Source of the DNA: a virus
Taxonomy: Duplodnaviria; Caudoviricetes
DNA: 64,000 bases
IMG/VR virus record: IMGVR_UViG_3300028805_000041
Coordinates: 128,001 to 192,000 of that record
Strand: one strand, 5' to 3'
Shown here: positions 1 through 10,210 of the stretch, in pieces
Numbering within the stretch: position 1 is the stretch's first letter
Layout of the letters: each line of letters starts with the position of its first letter
Notes under the pieces: model-generated
The model's input: only the letters and a program-made list of their open reading frames with translations
What the model was told of the DNA's origin: nothing
Database searches by the model: none
Position numbers and translations under genes: made by a program

Positions 1-1
1 A

Positions 2-274
2 ATAGGTGTTACGAGGAAGAAAATTGAGGACAGAATAAAGAAATTACAGACAGGAAATGCGGGAGAGATATATCTTGTTGACTATTATGAGACAGACACG
101 CCGTTTTTTCTCGAAAGGGACCTTCACAAGAGATATAATTACAAGAAGGAGAATGGAGAGTGGTTTAATCTTTCGTTAGATGAGATGAAAAATTTCAAAA
201 AACGCTGTCAAGAAATAGAAGAGATGATAAAAGCGCTGAAAGACAATCCCTTTTTCCCAAAAGATATCAAATAA
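2..274 (+). CDS. T5orf172/MUG113-like GIY-YIG nuclease family protein, 5'-truncated by window edge
   Basis: Manual translation (not in ORF track): IGVTRKKIEDRIKKLQTGNAGEIYLVDYYETDTPFFLERDLHKRYNYKKENGEWFNLS...; carries the IG.T...R..LQTGN, E..LH and GEWF motifs; TAA at 272-274. Confidence 0.8.
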   Translation: MGVTRKKIEDRIKKLQTGNAGEIYLVDYYETDTPFFLERDLHKRYNYKKENGEWFNLSLDEMKNFKKRCQEIEEMIKALKDNPFFPKDIK

Positions 275-317
275 AATAAAAAAGCATTGAAAAAAATAGG
301 GGTATATTAATTATAAA

Positions 318-821
318 ATGACACAACCTGTTAGAAAAAACGTAGTAAAGCCAAAAACCAAGAAGAAAAGGGTGCAAAAGCCAAAAAGAAAACACGAAGA
401 GTACGGTATTTCAAAACTTGAAGACAAATTTGCAAAGGAATTCTTGGATGAGTTGGGTGTCAGATATGTCAGACAGTTCAAGGCAGCATCAATTGGACGT
501 TACTATGATTTCTATCTCCCTGACGACCACCTGTTGATTGAAGTGGACGGTGATTATTACCACAGTTATGGTAAATTATACGAGGATATGTCACCAATGC
601 AAAAACATAACAAGAGAGTTGACAGACAAAAGGACCGTTGGGCACTTATTAACGGAATACCATTGATGAGAATATGGGAGCATGACATAAATAAGAACAA
701 AAGTGAGGTAATGAAGAAACTAAAGGAAAGAATCGTGGTTTCAAAGACAGAAAAAGAAAAAAAAGATAAAAAAAAGAGGAGAAATTGGAATGAAGACAAT
801 AATTTACATCCCCGTTCTTGA
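318..821 (+). CDS. DUF559/Vsr-like PD-(D/E)xK endonuclease
   Basis: YDFYLPDDHLLIEVDGDYYH ... DRQKDRWA..NGIPLMRIWE motif set. Confidence 0.8.
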   Translation: MTQPVRKNVVKPKTKKKRVQKPKRKHEEYGISKLEDKFAKEFLDELGVRYVRQFKAASIGRYYDFYLPDDHLLIEVDGDYYHSYGKLYEDMSPMQKHNKRVDRQKDRWALINGIPLMRIWEHDINKNKSEVMKKLKERIVVSKTEKEKKDKKKRRNWNEDNNLHPRS

Positions 822-1380
822 TACGGTTAGTAAAAATTTCGATTATGATGGGGAACTTAGCGTTTCAGACTACAATGAAATGGTTTTTGACAACTTTAAC
901 AGGACAAATGAGAAAATAGACGCATATGTTAACTCATATGGTATGAATGAATCCGAAAAAACAACAGAAACACGCACAGGCGGTGAGTATGACATAGATA
1001 ACACTGATGGAGAAGGGTACCAATTGAGACCGTGTGAAGCATATGTGACGGATATGGACGGCAAAAGTGCAAATGTTGGATTTTTCGAGACTCACGTTGA
1101 GAAAGGTGATATGTCGATACTGATAGTTGACATCAATCCTGAAAAAATAGACTGGGATACGTGCTCAGAACTGAAGTTTTGGATTAGTGAAAGTGATAGA
1201 ATTCTCTTGGATAAGGAGATTGATGACGATGCAAAGATAAAAATGCTCCCCAAAACCCATTTCCTGATTGATGTTAAAGAAAAGAGACTGAAATTGAATG
1301 GTTGCAAACTGATTGAAAAATATAATGAGAAAAATCACCCGTATAAATTCGGGTTGTTAATCAATAAAATAACTGAATAA
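790..1380 (+). CDS. hypothetical phage protein
   Basis: 196-aa ORF in the operon, overlapping the upstream gene by 32 nt; no recognised motif. Confidence 0.6.
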   Translation: MKTIIYIPVLDTVSKNFDYDGELSVSDYNEMVFDNFNRTNEKIDAYVNSYGMNESEKTTETRTGGEYDIDNTDGEGYQLRPCEAYVTDMDGKSANVGFFETHVEKGDMSILIVDINPEKIDWDTCSELKFWISESDRILLDKEIDDDAKIKMLPKTHFLIDVKEKRLKLNGCKLIEKYNEKNHPYKFGLLINKITE

Positions 1381-1392
1381 AAACATAGACAT

Positions 1393-2901
1393 ATGGCAAA
1401 TATAGAAGAGACTCAAATGTCTGAAAAAGACATCCAAAAACAACTTGCAATTTACAAATCATCATATGAAATGTATGAAAGGTCAAAGGTTGACACCGAA
1501 AAGAGGAGAAAAACAGCAAAGGATAAGAACGGAAACAGAATCTATACTGATGAAAGTCTTGAGGAAACACTGAAACTGATGCAGACTATGCAAGATGATA
1601 TCAAGGAAAAGTACCTGAAACTCGGTGGAAAAGAGGAAGACCTCTACATAAGCCCGAAAAGGGGTAAGGAACGCGGTGTAAAGAGGGATAGGTTAGGCGA
1701 AATCATGCGTAAACAGATCGAGATGGAAATGAACAATGAGATTGACAGTAATGAAACACAGGCAGAAACAATAATGACAACTGCTGTTATAGACGAAAAA
1801 CCAAATACCGATAACACAATGGATGATGTTGACATTATAAGTCTTGTTGACAAGGATGTCCCATTGGAGAATAAGGCAAAGTTTGAAGTAAAGCCTGAAA
1901 TGGGACCAAAGAAGAAGACTAAAAAGGCTGAGGACACAAATGATAACGTTATTGGTCTGTCATCTGCAAACATGGACATCACAAAATCATCCGGAAAGAA
2001 CATTAAATACGATGTAATTCCAATTCCGTCTGGTGGTAAGTGCTATAAACATAAGATAGGCAAAATACCCGTGGCTTATCTCACCGCATATGATGAAAAT
2101 ATGATACTCTCCCCAAATCTTTATCAGGATGGAAGTTTCTTGGACTATCTAATCAAGGAAAAGATAATGACAACACAGATAGACACTGATGAACTGTTAC
2201 CGGGTGATAGAGAGGCAATCCTCATTTGGCTTAGGGCAAGCGGATACGGTCCAATGTATCCGATTACAGCGAAGGATAAGGAGACAGGAAAGGAATTTCA
2301 AACCGAATTTGACCTTTCAAAACTCAAGTATAAAAAGTTTACACTTGTTCCCGATGAAAACGGTCATTTTGATTACACAATGCCAAAGACAGGTGATAAG
2401 ATTAAATTCAAATTCCTTTCTTATAAAGAATTAAAGGATTTGTCAGAACTTACTGTAAAGGAAGATGCTAATCTTAAGAAGGCAAAGATGATAGAAATAT
2501 CAGATAGCATAAGATACTACATTGAAGATGACAATGATATTGATATCGAAACAAAGACAAAACTTGAAAATGCTGCAAACGATATTGAGGAATATGGGAA
2601 GACACTTAACATAGAGGAAGACACATTCTTCAATCACCTTGTCACTAACAGAATGGAAAAGAATATTGTTTCTGTTAATGGTGTTACGGATAGAAAGTAT
2701 ATTTCGGAATATGTTATGTATCTTAATATTTTGGACGCTACATCATTCAGGAAATATGTAAGGGATAATGAGCCTGGTGTTGATATGAATATCACTGTTG
2801 AAAGACCGAAGAGTCTCGGAGGTGGCTCAGTAGACCTGTTTCTCTCAATTGACCAATACCTATTTCTCAACTTACCGTTCTCCGACGGAGAGAATAGTTA
2901 A
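1393..2901 (+). CDS. baseplate hub assembly protein (T4 gp26-like) with long charged N-terminal extension
   Basis: YDVIPIPSGGKCY...VAYLTAYDENMILSPNL, GDREAILIWLRASGYGPMY and FRKYVRDNEPGVDM motifs; lies upstream of the tape measure gene. Confidence 0.65.
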   Translation: MANIEETQMSEKDIQKQLAIYKSSYEMYERSKVDTEKRRKTAKDKNGNRIYTDESLEETLKLMQTMQDDIKEKYLKLGGKEEDLYISPKRGKERGVKRDRLGEIMRKQIEMEMNNEIDSNETQAETIMTTAVIDEKPNTDNTMDDVDIISLVDKDVPLENKAKFEVKPEMGPKKKTKKAEDTNDNVIGLSSANMDITKSSGKNIKYDVIPIPSGGKCYKHKIGKIPVAYLTAYDENMILSPNLYQDGSFLDYLIKEKIMTTQIDTDELLPGDREAILIWLRASGYGPMYPITAKDKETGKEFQTEFDLSKLKYKKFTLVPDENGHFDYTMPKTGDKIKFKFLSYKELKDLSELTVKEDANLKKAKMIEISDSIRYYIEDDNDIDIETKTKLENAANDIEEYGKTLNIEEDTFFNHLVTNRMEKNIVSVNGVTDRKYISEYVMYLNILDATSFRKYVRDNEPGVDMNITVERPKSLGGGSVDLFLSIDQYLFLNLPFSDGENS

Positions 2902-2902
2902 A

Positions 2903-3163
2903 ATGCTATATACAGTAGATGTCGAAGCATTTGAATTGAGTTTTTGGGATGAAATATATGGTTGTGTAAAATATATTGGCATACCATATGATACGGTGAT
3001 GTCAATGCCTGTTCAAGACAGGAAGGTTTGGATACAGAAACACAACATTGAAGCAAAGAAACGCGATACACCACCCGATGTAAATAAAAATGGAAGTGGA
3101 ACAATATCAGGTGAGATGTTGAACGGTTTTGCAAAACAGGAACAGATGACTGAAAAACAATAG
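2903..3163 (+). CDS. small baseplate hub/tail assembly chaperone (gp51-like)
   Basis: FWDEIYGCVKYIGIPYDTVMSMPVQDRKVWI motif; ATG at 2903 directly after the upstream stop; sits between hub and tape measure genes. Confidence 0.55.
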   Translation: MLYTVDVEAFELSFWDEIYGCVKYIGIPYDTVMSMPVQDRKVWIQKHNIEAKKRDTPPDVNKNGSGTISGEMLNGFAKQEQMTEKQ

Positions 3164-3168
3164 AAAAG

Positions 3169-3197
3169 AATACCGCTAAATGGCGGTATTTTTTTTT
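3169..3197 (+). terminator. Rho-independent terminator
   Basis: aataccgc-taaatg-gcggtatt stem-loop followed by a T run. Confidence 0.8.
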
Positions 3198-3215
3198 ATA
3201 AAACTTACAACACGA

Positions 3216-3222
3216 TATTTAT
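3216..3222 (+). promoter_or_regulatory. putative phage late promoter TATTTAT (tape measure operon)
   Basis: Same heptamer recurs about 18-24 nt upstream of seven late-type gene starts. Confidence 0.6.
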
Positions 3223-3246
3223 TATTAAAATATATACATTATTAAT

Positions 3247-6072
3247 ATGGACGTGAACGAACTTGGAAGTTTGGAAGAAATGTCTTCTTCAATCAATAGA
3301 GCAACCGAAAGTTTAAACGGAATGAGTAACGCCGCGAGTGGCGGTGGTAAGAGCATAGGGGAACTTGGAAAAGTCGCGAAGATGGCCAAGAACCCGATAC
3401 TTGGCATGATAGACAGTGCAAGCAGATTTACTGAGCGTCTTACAAGTGTCATTGTTAGTATGACCAATTTTGCCAATCAGATAGACCAATTAGAAACCCA
3501 ACACAAACTGTTTAATCGGGAGTGGGCTAAAAGATTCCAAGAATTTGAGTTTCAGAAGGAAACCGCGAGGTTTAGTACTATACAAGCTGAAATATCACAC
3601 TCTAAGGCAAATCAGATTGTTGATTTTCAAGGACAAAAAATGCCGCTTGAAATTGCTAAGGCACGTTTAAGCATAGAACAATCGAGATTAAATTTAGAAC
3701 AAGCACAAATTGCTGCTGCAAGAGCAGAACTTGATTATACCAACAAACTTTATACCATTGAGAATAATCTCTTAAGTGCAAGGAAGGCAGCAGCCGAGGC
3801 ACCTCAGAACTATGTAAAGGCTCTCGCAAGCATTTATGAACCGTTCATAAAGATTGATCAGGCTGCTTCAACATATACAAAGACTGTCGGTGGTTCAAGA
3901 GAATCAATGAAAGCCTTGAGAAAGGAAACAATTGATCTTGGTAACGAGAGACATTTACAAGCCAAATACAACACATCCGTAGAGGAACTTATAAACCTAC
4001 AGACAAAGTATAATGCAGAACTTGGGCGTTCAGTAAAATTGACAAATGACCAAAAGGAAGGTCTTGCTGCATTAAGACAGGTGTATGGTGATGATAAGGC
4101 GATTGAATTTGCAACGAAGTTAAGTTCGTTCGGTTATGATATGACAAGGGCTTCAGGTCTTGCAGGTAAACTGTTTGCTGAGGCTTCTAAAAGGGGTATA
4201 GCATTAGATAAATACTCTAAGAATCTCCTGACTAATATAAAAATGGCTCAGACTCTTACATTTGAGAAGGGTATAAATGGGCTTAAGGAGATGGCGGCAA
4301 GGGCTACTGAATTGAATTTCAATATGCAGGAAACCGCAAAGGCTTCAGAAAAGTTGTCAACACTTGAAGGTGCACTTGAGGCTTCATCACAACTTGCGGT
4401 TCTTGGCGGTAATTTCTCGCTTTTCTCCAATCCGCTTGCAATGTTCCATGAAGCACTCAGTGATGCTGAAGGTTTACAAGACAGGATAATCAACCAATTT
4501 AGCGGACTTGCAAGTTGGGACTCCAACAGGGGTCAGATATATATGTCGGGATATGACAGAATCCGTATGAGAGAGGCTGCGAAGGCAATGGGTATGGATC
4601 CGTCAGAGGTTTCGAACATGGTATTTGAGAAAGCAAGGCGAGACAAACTTGCTCCTGAGATAAGCAGACTTGGAGTAAGTGATGAAATAGGTAGACTGTT
4701 GTCAAATGTTGCTCAACTTGACGAAAACGGAAACGGTTATATTAATATCAACGGTAATAAGACATCGCTTCAGGAAGCGGCACAAATGAATCCGGAAGAA
4801 TTGTCTAAGATACTAAGGACAGAAAATAATTCAGACAGTGAAAATATTGCCGAAATTGCACAAAGTGTACTTTCAATTAAGGATAATGTTGAGGGTTGGT
4901 CAAAATCACTTGGTGACACGATGGCATCAAGTCTTGAAAAGACCGGAATGGGTGACTCATTTGGTGAAATGATTAAAGAAGAAGCCTCTACGAGTTCGAT
5001 AATGAGCCAATTTGCTAATGACGTACTGAAAACATCAAAAGATAAGGCAGATTTTGATAAAAAAATAGCTGCTTGGAACAAGGAATATGCTGAATCAACT
5101 TATGATTATGAGAAACAAATGGCAAGAATTCAGAAGGAGCAAACAATTTTAGCAGGGGCCTCAGCCGATTATAACTACAAAACCGCATTATACGCCGTCC
5201 AAGAAGCAAAACTTAGCCTTGCACAACTTGACTTGGGCTTGAGACAGGCAAGATTTAGAGAGGAAATAAGTCTACCACTACAAAGGGCACAATTGGAATT
5301 AAATTATCGTCAGGCTAAACGTATGGATGACATTTACGAAATCCAACGCATACAAATTGTTATGCAGATGGTTAAAGAAGCATCAAGTATAATACCAATA
5401 CTTGGTCCGTGGGTTGCAGGTATTTTTACTTCTATTGCTAATATGGGAACAGTAATTGGACATCTGTCTAAAGATTTAAAATCAGATGGTGAATCGCTTG
5501 CCAAAATTGCGGGTATAGACACAAGTGGTTATAAGAAATTTAAAAAGCCGGATATAGAAGGGACATTCAATTATGCCAAAAATTATGATGTCAGAGATTT
5601 AGAAAATAGATTTGACACGGGCGGCAAAGTCAATAATTATGGCGGTTTATTAATCGGTCCTTCTCATTCTGATGGCGGCATAAGAATAGAAGCACAAGGT
5701 GGAGAGTACATAATGCCGAGAGAACAGACGGCGATGTATTATGGCATTTTGGAGGCAATGAGAAGCAAGTCATTCCCGACAGGAAATGGTGGTTTCAATT
5801 CAATGAGTGTTAATAACACGAGCACAAGCATATACAGTGGCGGATATTTGGGTGGAGGCTCCGAAAATAGAACAAATGAACCTTTGAGATTGGATGTTAC
5901 GGGAACAATAACGCTTGACCTTTCAGGCTCTACCGCTAATATTGATGCCGAAGACCTACTGAAGGAGCCACTATTGTCACAATTAGTTGCGGCAATTTCA
6001 AGAAGTCAGAACAACTACAACAACTATGGTGTGGCGTCTGAAAAGAATTTGTTCGGACCGTGGAGAATATAA
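3247..6072 (+). CDS. tail tape measure protein
   Basis: 941 aa, helical and Ala/Leu/Glu/Gln-rich; C-terminal GGLLIGPSHSDGGIRIEAQGGEYIM motif; follows the hub/chaperone pair. Confidence 0.7.
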   Translation: MDVNELGSLEEMSSSINRATESLNGMSNAASGGGKSIGELGKVAKMAKNPILGMIDSASRFTERLTSVIVSMTNFANQIDQLETQHKLFNREWAKRFQEFEFQKETARFSTIQAEISHSKANQIVDFQGQKMPLEIAKARLSIEQSRLNLEQAQIAAARAELDYTNKLYTIENNLLSARKAAAEAPQNYVKALASIYEPFIKIDQAASTYTKTVGGSRESMKALRKETIDLGNERHLQAKYNTSVEELINLQTKYNAELGRSVKLTNDQKEGLAALRQVYGDDKAIEFATKLSSFGYDMTRASGLAGKLFAEASKRGIALDKYSKNLLTNIKMAQTLTFEKGINGLKEMAARATELNFNMQETAKASEKLSTLEGALEASSQLAVLGGNFSLFSNPLAMFHEALSDAEGLQDRIINQFSGLASWDSNRGQIYMSGYDRIRMREAAKAMGMDPSEVSNMVFEKARRDKLAPEISRLGVSDEIGRLLSNVAQLDENGNGYININGNKTSLQEAAQMNPEELSKILRTENNSDSENIAEIAQSVLSIKDNVEGWSKSLGDTMASSLEKTGMGDSFGEMIKEEASTSSIMSQFANDVLKTSKDKADFDKKIAAWNKEYAESTYDYEKQMARIQKEQTILAGASADYNYKTALYAVQEAKLSLAQLDLGLRQARFREEISLPLQRAQLELNYRQAKRMDDIYEIQRIQIVMQMVKEASSIIPILGPWVAGIFTSIANMGTVIGHLSKDLKSDGESLAKIAGIDTSGYKKFKKPDIEGTFNYAKNYDVRDLENRFDTGGKVNNYGGLLIGPSHSDGGIRIEAQGGEYIMPREQTAMYYGILEAMRSKSFPTGNGGFNSMSVNNTSTSIYSGGYLGGGSENRTNEPLRLDVTGTITLDLSGSTANIDAEDLLKEPLLSQLVAAISRSQNNYNNYGVASEKNLFGPWRI

Positions 6073-6121
6073 GTTGATTTTAATGAATAGAAATATTATT
6101 TTTAAATAATCACTATATACA

Positions 6122-9100
6122 ATGCAATACAAGGAAGTAGAAGGCGTGTTGAAATACAACACAAAGACTCGAAATGAGTTATTAGAACGTAATGGTGGTA
6201 AATATTTTATGTTGGATGGTCAACTTGAACATCCGATAGGTGTTGCATATGATATGCGCACAAGGAACATAAAGCATCTTACAAAAGAGATGCCGCTTCA
6301 AAAGTTTACAATTGAAGATTACTCGAATTATAGTGATAAGATAAAGTTCCAATACTTTAATGGTATTAAAGAACTTGAGGTATTCAACACCTCTGGGTTT
6401 ACCGGTGAGGATTTTATAAGGTGGCGTGGCAGATATGATGAATACATAACACTTGACACAGGTGAAAACGGAATTATCAACAAAAATCTCGGTGATGGGA
6501 CAATTATATATCACAAAGGTTTTGACAACACGGTTCAATCCGAATTACAGGACATTGGCAAGGAACTTTACAAGAATTTAGCAAAGGCATATAACAACAC
6601 GAGACCATACATTGCAGACGGAAGAAGCGAAGACGATATGGAAGCCAATCTTCTTGGCGGTGCTTTTGATGGTTTTGACGATAATGGAAAAGTAAGGGAC
6701 CCATTATCATACAAGAGCAGATTAGGAACGCGCGTTTATAATGTATATGGTGAGGGGGATGTACCAACCTCAGTTGGTTATGCCAGGACTATTGAGGACA
6801 GGCTTTCAGTTGGGAGCAAGTTCCAATCGGATTCTAACGGTGATCCGATGGTCGGGCACTATCAGACAAACGAGTTTAGTACATATACACATTCAATAAA
6901 TGGTATAAACAACTTATTGAAGAAAACGGATGAATTGTATAACAGCCACAAGATAAGAACATTGTTCGGGCGTTTCCATACATCAAATGATGATGATTAT
7001 AACACATATTTTGAGTCATTTGACAGTGCAAAGATACCAAATTTAGGAAACCCAAGAGGTAGGGGATTGTTAAAACTTGGTGTCACTGCCGGAAGAATGT
7101 ATCAAACAAACGGTTATGATGACCCGTATTGCAGGGCTTGGACATACCATCATCAGTACAGTAGGGTAAAGGATATGATAAGACCATTGCCCGAAATAAA
7201 TGAAGAAGGCAAGAGCATCTACGAGGCTAATGTAAAATACCGTTCAAGAATAAACAATTTGGAACAGGGTGGAAGGTATCTTCATGAGAATACTGTATTG
7301 CAGGATACGGGTTTTGTGAGGATAACACCAAGTTCATCCGAATTGTCAGGCAAGATGTACACAGCTGGCGGTGATTACAAATTCAATAACCCAAAAGAGT
7401 TCTCAAAATTAAAGAAATATATGTTCTCAATAGAGAACCTTGCGTGGGGTGACGGTACATCTAATAATACGAGAAACCTTTCTTCTGAACAGTTAGGACC
7501 GAACAATGGTAGGATAATGTGGTTTCCCCCATATAATCTTGACTTTAAGGAAAATGTGAATGTAAAGTGGAATTCGCAGGAGTTTATTGGTAGAGGTGAG
7601 AACATATATACGTACTCGAACACTACAAGAAAGGCAACATTGTCTTTTACCATACTTATAGACCACCCAGCACTATTGAATTCAATGGCAAGTGGAAAAT
7701 ATGATGGTGAAGAGCCTGATAAAGACCCAGAGAACGATATTCTTAGATTCTTTGCGGGTTGTCAGACACCTGACCCTGACAAGGATGTCCCTGAGACCGC
7801 ACCGCCTGACATAAGGAACGCTGAAAAGGCAGAACATAGGATTGGAGGTCCAAAACCGATAGAAGAACCAAATGTTGAAGAGAAACCGACAGTGGAAGAA
7901 AACCCAGAATCGATTGTATTCTACGTATTCTTCCCAAATAACTATTCAGGAATGTGGAACCTTGGAAATAATTTGGATAGTGCCGACAAAACAACAAGTC
8001 GTGAGAAAGAATTTATGGAGGGTGGATATGTTGACAAGGATTGGTATGAATATCTAATAAAAGGAAGCAACGCAGGAAGCCGTGGTGTAACAGAGGGTAA
8101 CGGTTATGAAATGTATATAGAACCGGATGAAAATCCAAGTGAATATAATTGGAAAGGACTGACAACAAACGAGCCTATTACAGATACTACAGATTATATT
8201 GAATCACTTAGTATAGATGAAAATGCCGACTATCTCGTTGAGCGTAAACGTGTTAAGAATCCAGAAACAAACAAAGAAAAATGGTTCAGATACAGGGTTG
8301 ATTATGATTTAAGACAGTCCGGACTTAAAACCGCATCTATTTTTGCTGAAGATAAAAAAAGTGACAGTTCATATGAAGATAGAACATCATTTGGTTTGAA
8401 TAACAGTCTTGAAGTCTTGGAAAAAGTAGGAAAAGGTGATGCAAATTATACTTTCTATGATGTTTTCTCAGCACTTTTTGATGTAAAATATTCAGGAAAC
8501 ACAAATGATACGGAAACAGGAACAGGCGATGAAACGGAAAGCAGAATAGCAAAATTGAAAAAAATATTCAGTAAGGATAGTGGTAATATAATAAACACTA
8601 TTACATTTATTGGCGGTGCCACAAGAAATGATGAAAAGAACGCACAAACTTTAGCAATAAGAAGGGGTAAAACAGTTGTTGATACAGTTAAGAGGAGACT
8701 TGAGGAAATAGGTCTCAGTGTTGGTGAACCTAAGGGATATTTTTCTGAAACGACAAATACTGCCGGCAATACCTCTACGGATGTCGGACGAGCACCATAT
8801 ACAACAATTAATTCAAGAGATGCAAAAGCCGAGAGATATGCGAGAATAGAGATAAAATACAATGCTGCCAAAATAACCAATGCAGCAAACACGGACATTG
8901 ACCCGTCAAAACTTTCGGACAGGAAAAGTGATGAGGAATACTTAGTCAGACGAGCAGGATTTGACAAGGTTGAAATAGATGACGAGATTGCGGGTATCTT
9001 GTTGGATTATTATGGTGGAGATTACGAAAAGGTTGAGGAACATCTTAAAGATGAAAATATCATTACATATGCCAAGATGAAAAGAGAATTAAAAAATCTT

Positions 9101-9871
9101 GCTGCTGAAAATGATATGGCTAAAACGTATACGCAATTCTTAGAAGATGAAAAATATAAAGATGAAATACTTGGTGACCAATCATTACCCTATAAAATTG
9201 ATTTATTAAAAAATGAAATAACAAAACTAAGAACCGTGCGTAGAACAGTCACATCAATAGATGAAATAGCGGCGGCCAATACCAACATAAGAAGATATGA
9301 TGACGAATATCGTTTCTTCAGACGTTTGGAGAAGGAGAGTCCATTGATATTCAAGAAGATAGTTGATAAGGTCAAGTATTTCAATCCTGCATTTCACTCA
9401 CTATCTCCTGAAGGTTTCAATGCGCGTCTCACATTCCTTCAACAATGTACGAGACAAGGACATACGGTTTCAGCAAGCGAAAACACAAATCTTGGTTTAA
9501 CACCAACTGCGGGTAATCTGTCATTCGGTAAAATGCCTGTATGTGTGTTGAGGATTGGTGACTTTATCAACACAAGAATAGTGATAGAATCGATGTCGAT
9601 TGATTATAAGAACGGTGATATTATGCAATGGGATTTGAATCCTGAAGGTGCCGGTGTGCAGCCGATGCTTGCAAATATAACGTTGAATGTCGTACTTCTT
9701 GGCGGTCAGTCTCTTGACGGTCCTATTAACAGATTGCAGAATGCCGTTACGTTCAATTACTATGCAAATGCGCCTGTTTATGATGATAGAGCGGACAGGA
9801 TAGTTAACAATTATGATGGCACAATAACATATAAACACTTATTTACACCATTTAAGGAAGGAGAATTTTAA
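6122..9871 (+). CDS. baseplate/tail-tube-initiator-like protein with internal OmpA-C-like segment
   Basis: GRIMWFPPY...WNSQEFIGRGENIYTYSNTTRKATLSFTILIDHP and PVCVLRIGDFINTRIVIESMSIDY tube-fold motifs; NAQTLAIRRGKTV...AERYARIEI resembles OmpA-C. Confidence 0.55.
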   Translation: MQYKEVEGVLKYNTKTRNELLERNGGKYFMLDGQLEHPIGVAYDMRTRNIKHLTKEMPLQKFTIEDYSNYSDKIKFQYFNGIKELEVFNTSGFTGEDFIRWRGRYDEYITLDTGENGIINKNLGDGTIIYHKGFDNTVQSELQDIGKELYKNLAKAYNNTRPYIADGRSEDDMEANLLGGAFDGFDDNGKVRDPLSYKSRLGTRVYNVYGEGDVPTSVGYARTIEDRLSVGSKFQSDSNGDPMVGHYQTNEFSTYTHSINGINNLLKKTDELYNSHKIRTLFGRFHTSNDDDYNTYFESFDSAKIPNLGNPRGRGLLKLGVTAGRMYQTNGYDDPYCRAWTYHHQYSRVKDMIRPLPEINEEGKSIYEANVKYRSRINNLEQGGRYLHENTVLQDTGFVRITPSSSELSGKMYTAGGDYKFNNPKEFSKLKKYMFSIENLAWGDGTSNNTRNLSSEQLGPNNGRIMWFPPYNLDFKENVNVKWNSQEFIGRGENIYTYSNTTRKATLSFTILIDHPALLNSMASGKYDGEEPDKDPENDILRFFAGCQTPDPDKDVPETAPPDIRNAEKAEHRIGGPKPIEEPNVEEKPTVEENPESIVFYVFFPNNYSGMWNLGNNLDSADKTTSREKEFMEGGYVDKDWYEYLIKGSNAGSRGVTEGNGYEMYIEPDENPSEYNWKGLTTNEPITDTTDYIESLSIDENADYLVERKRVKNPETNKEKWFRYRVDYDLRQSGLKTASIFAEDKKSDSSYEDRTSFGLNNSLEVLEKVGKGDANYTFYDVFSALFDVKYSGNTNDTETGTGDETESRIAKLKKIFSKDSGNIINTITFIGGATRNDEKNAQTLAIRRGKTVVDTVKRRLEEIGLSVGEPKGYFSETTNTAGNTSTDVGRAPYTTINSRDAKAERYARIEIKYNAAKITNAANTDIDPSKLSDRKSDEEYLVRRAGFDKVEIDDEIAGILLDYYGGDYEKVEEHLKDENIITYAKMKRELKNLAAENDMAKTYTQFLEDEKYKDEILGDQSLPYKIDLLKNEITKLRTVRRTVTSIDEIAAANTNIRRYDDEYRFFRRLEKESPLIFKKIVDKVKYFNPAFHSLSPEGFNARLTFLQQCTRQGHTVSASENTNLGLTPTAGNLSFGKMPVCVLRIGDFINTRIVIESMSIDYKNGDIMQWDLNPEGAGVQPMLANITLNVVLLGGQSLDGPINRLQNAVTFNYYANAPVYDDRADRIVNNYDGTITYKHLFTPFKEGEF

Positions 9872-10188
9872 TGGCAACTAACAGATACAGCAAAATGGTA
9901 ACTGACGGAAAAATAGTACGTTTACCGTTAGTCTCTTTAGGTAAGAGAGAGACCGATTATTTCGAGGTATATCGAAAGAACAAGTCTTCTTTGGATAATA
10001 TTTCATATAAATATTATGATGACCCTAACTATGTGTGGATTATAATGTTAGCCAATCAGGATTATGGCTCATTGGAATACGAAATACCGGATGGTGCGAT
10101 TTTAAGGATACCTTTTCCGTTGGAGTCCGCGATTAATGAATACAATACAAAATTAGACAGAATGATGTCTATGTATGGTTTTAAATAA
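9871..10188 (+). CDS. baseplate wedge protein (gp53/LysM-like, tail X family)
   Basis: LDNISYKYYDDPNYVWIIMLAN...IPDGAILRIP motif. Confidence 0.7.
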   Translation: MATNRYSKMVTDGKIVRLPLVSLGKRETDYFEVYRKNKSSLDNISYKYYDDPNYVWIIMLANQDYGSLEYEIPDGAILRIPFPLESAINEYNTKLDRMMSMYGFK

Positions 10189-10210
10189 ATTTTGATATTT
10201 TTGTTTTTTG

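Noticed and set aside
2849-2903. Programmed frameshift joining the two genes upstream of the tape measure
   Set aside because: The downstream frame is +1, no X-XXY-YYZ slippery heptamer is visible, and the second gene has its own ATG at 2903.
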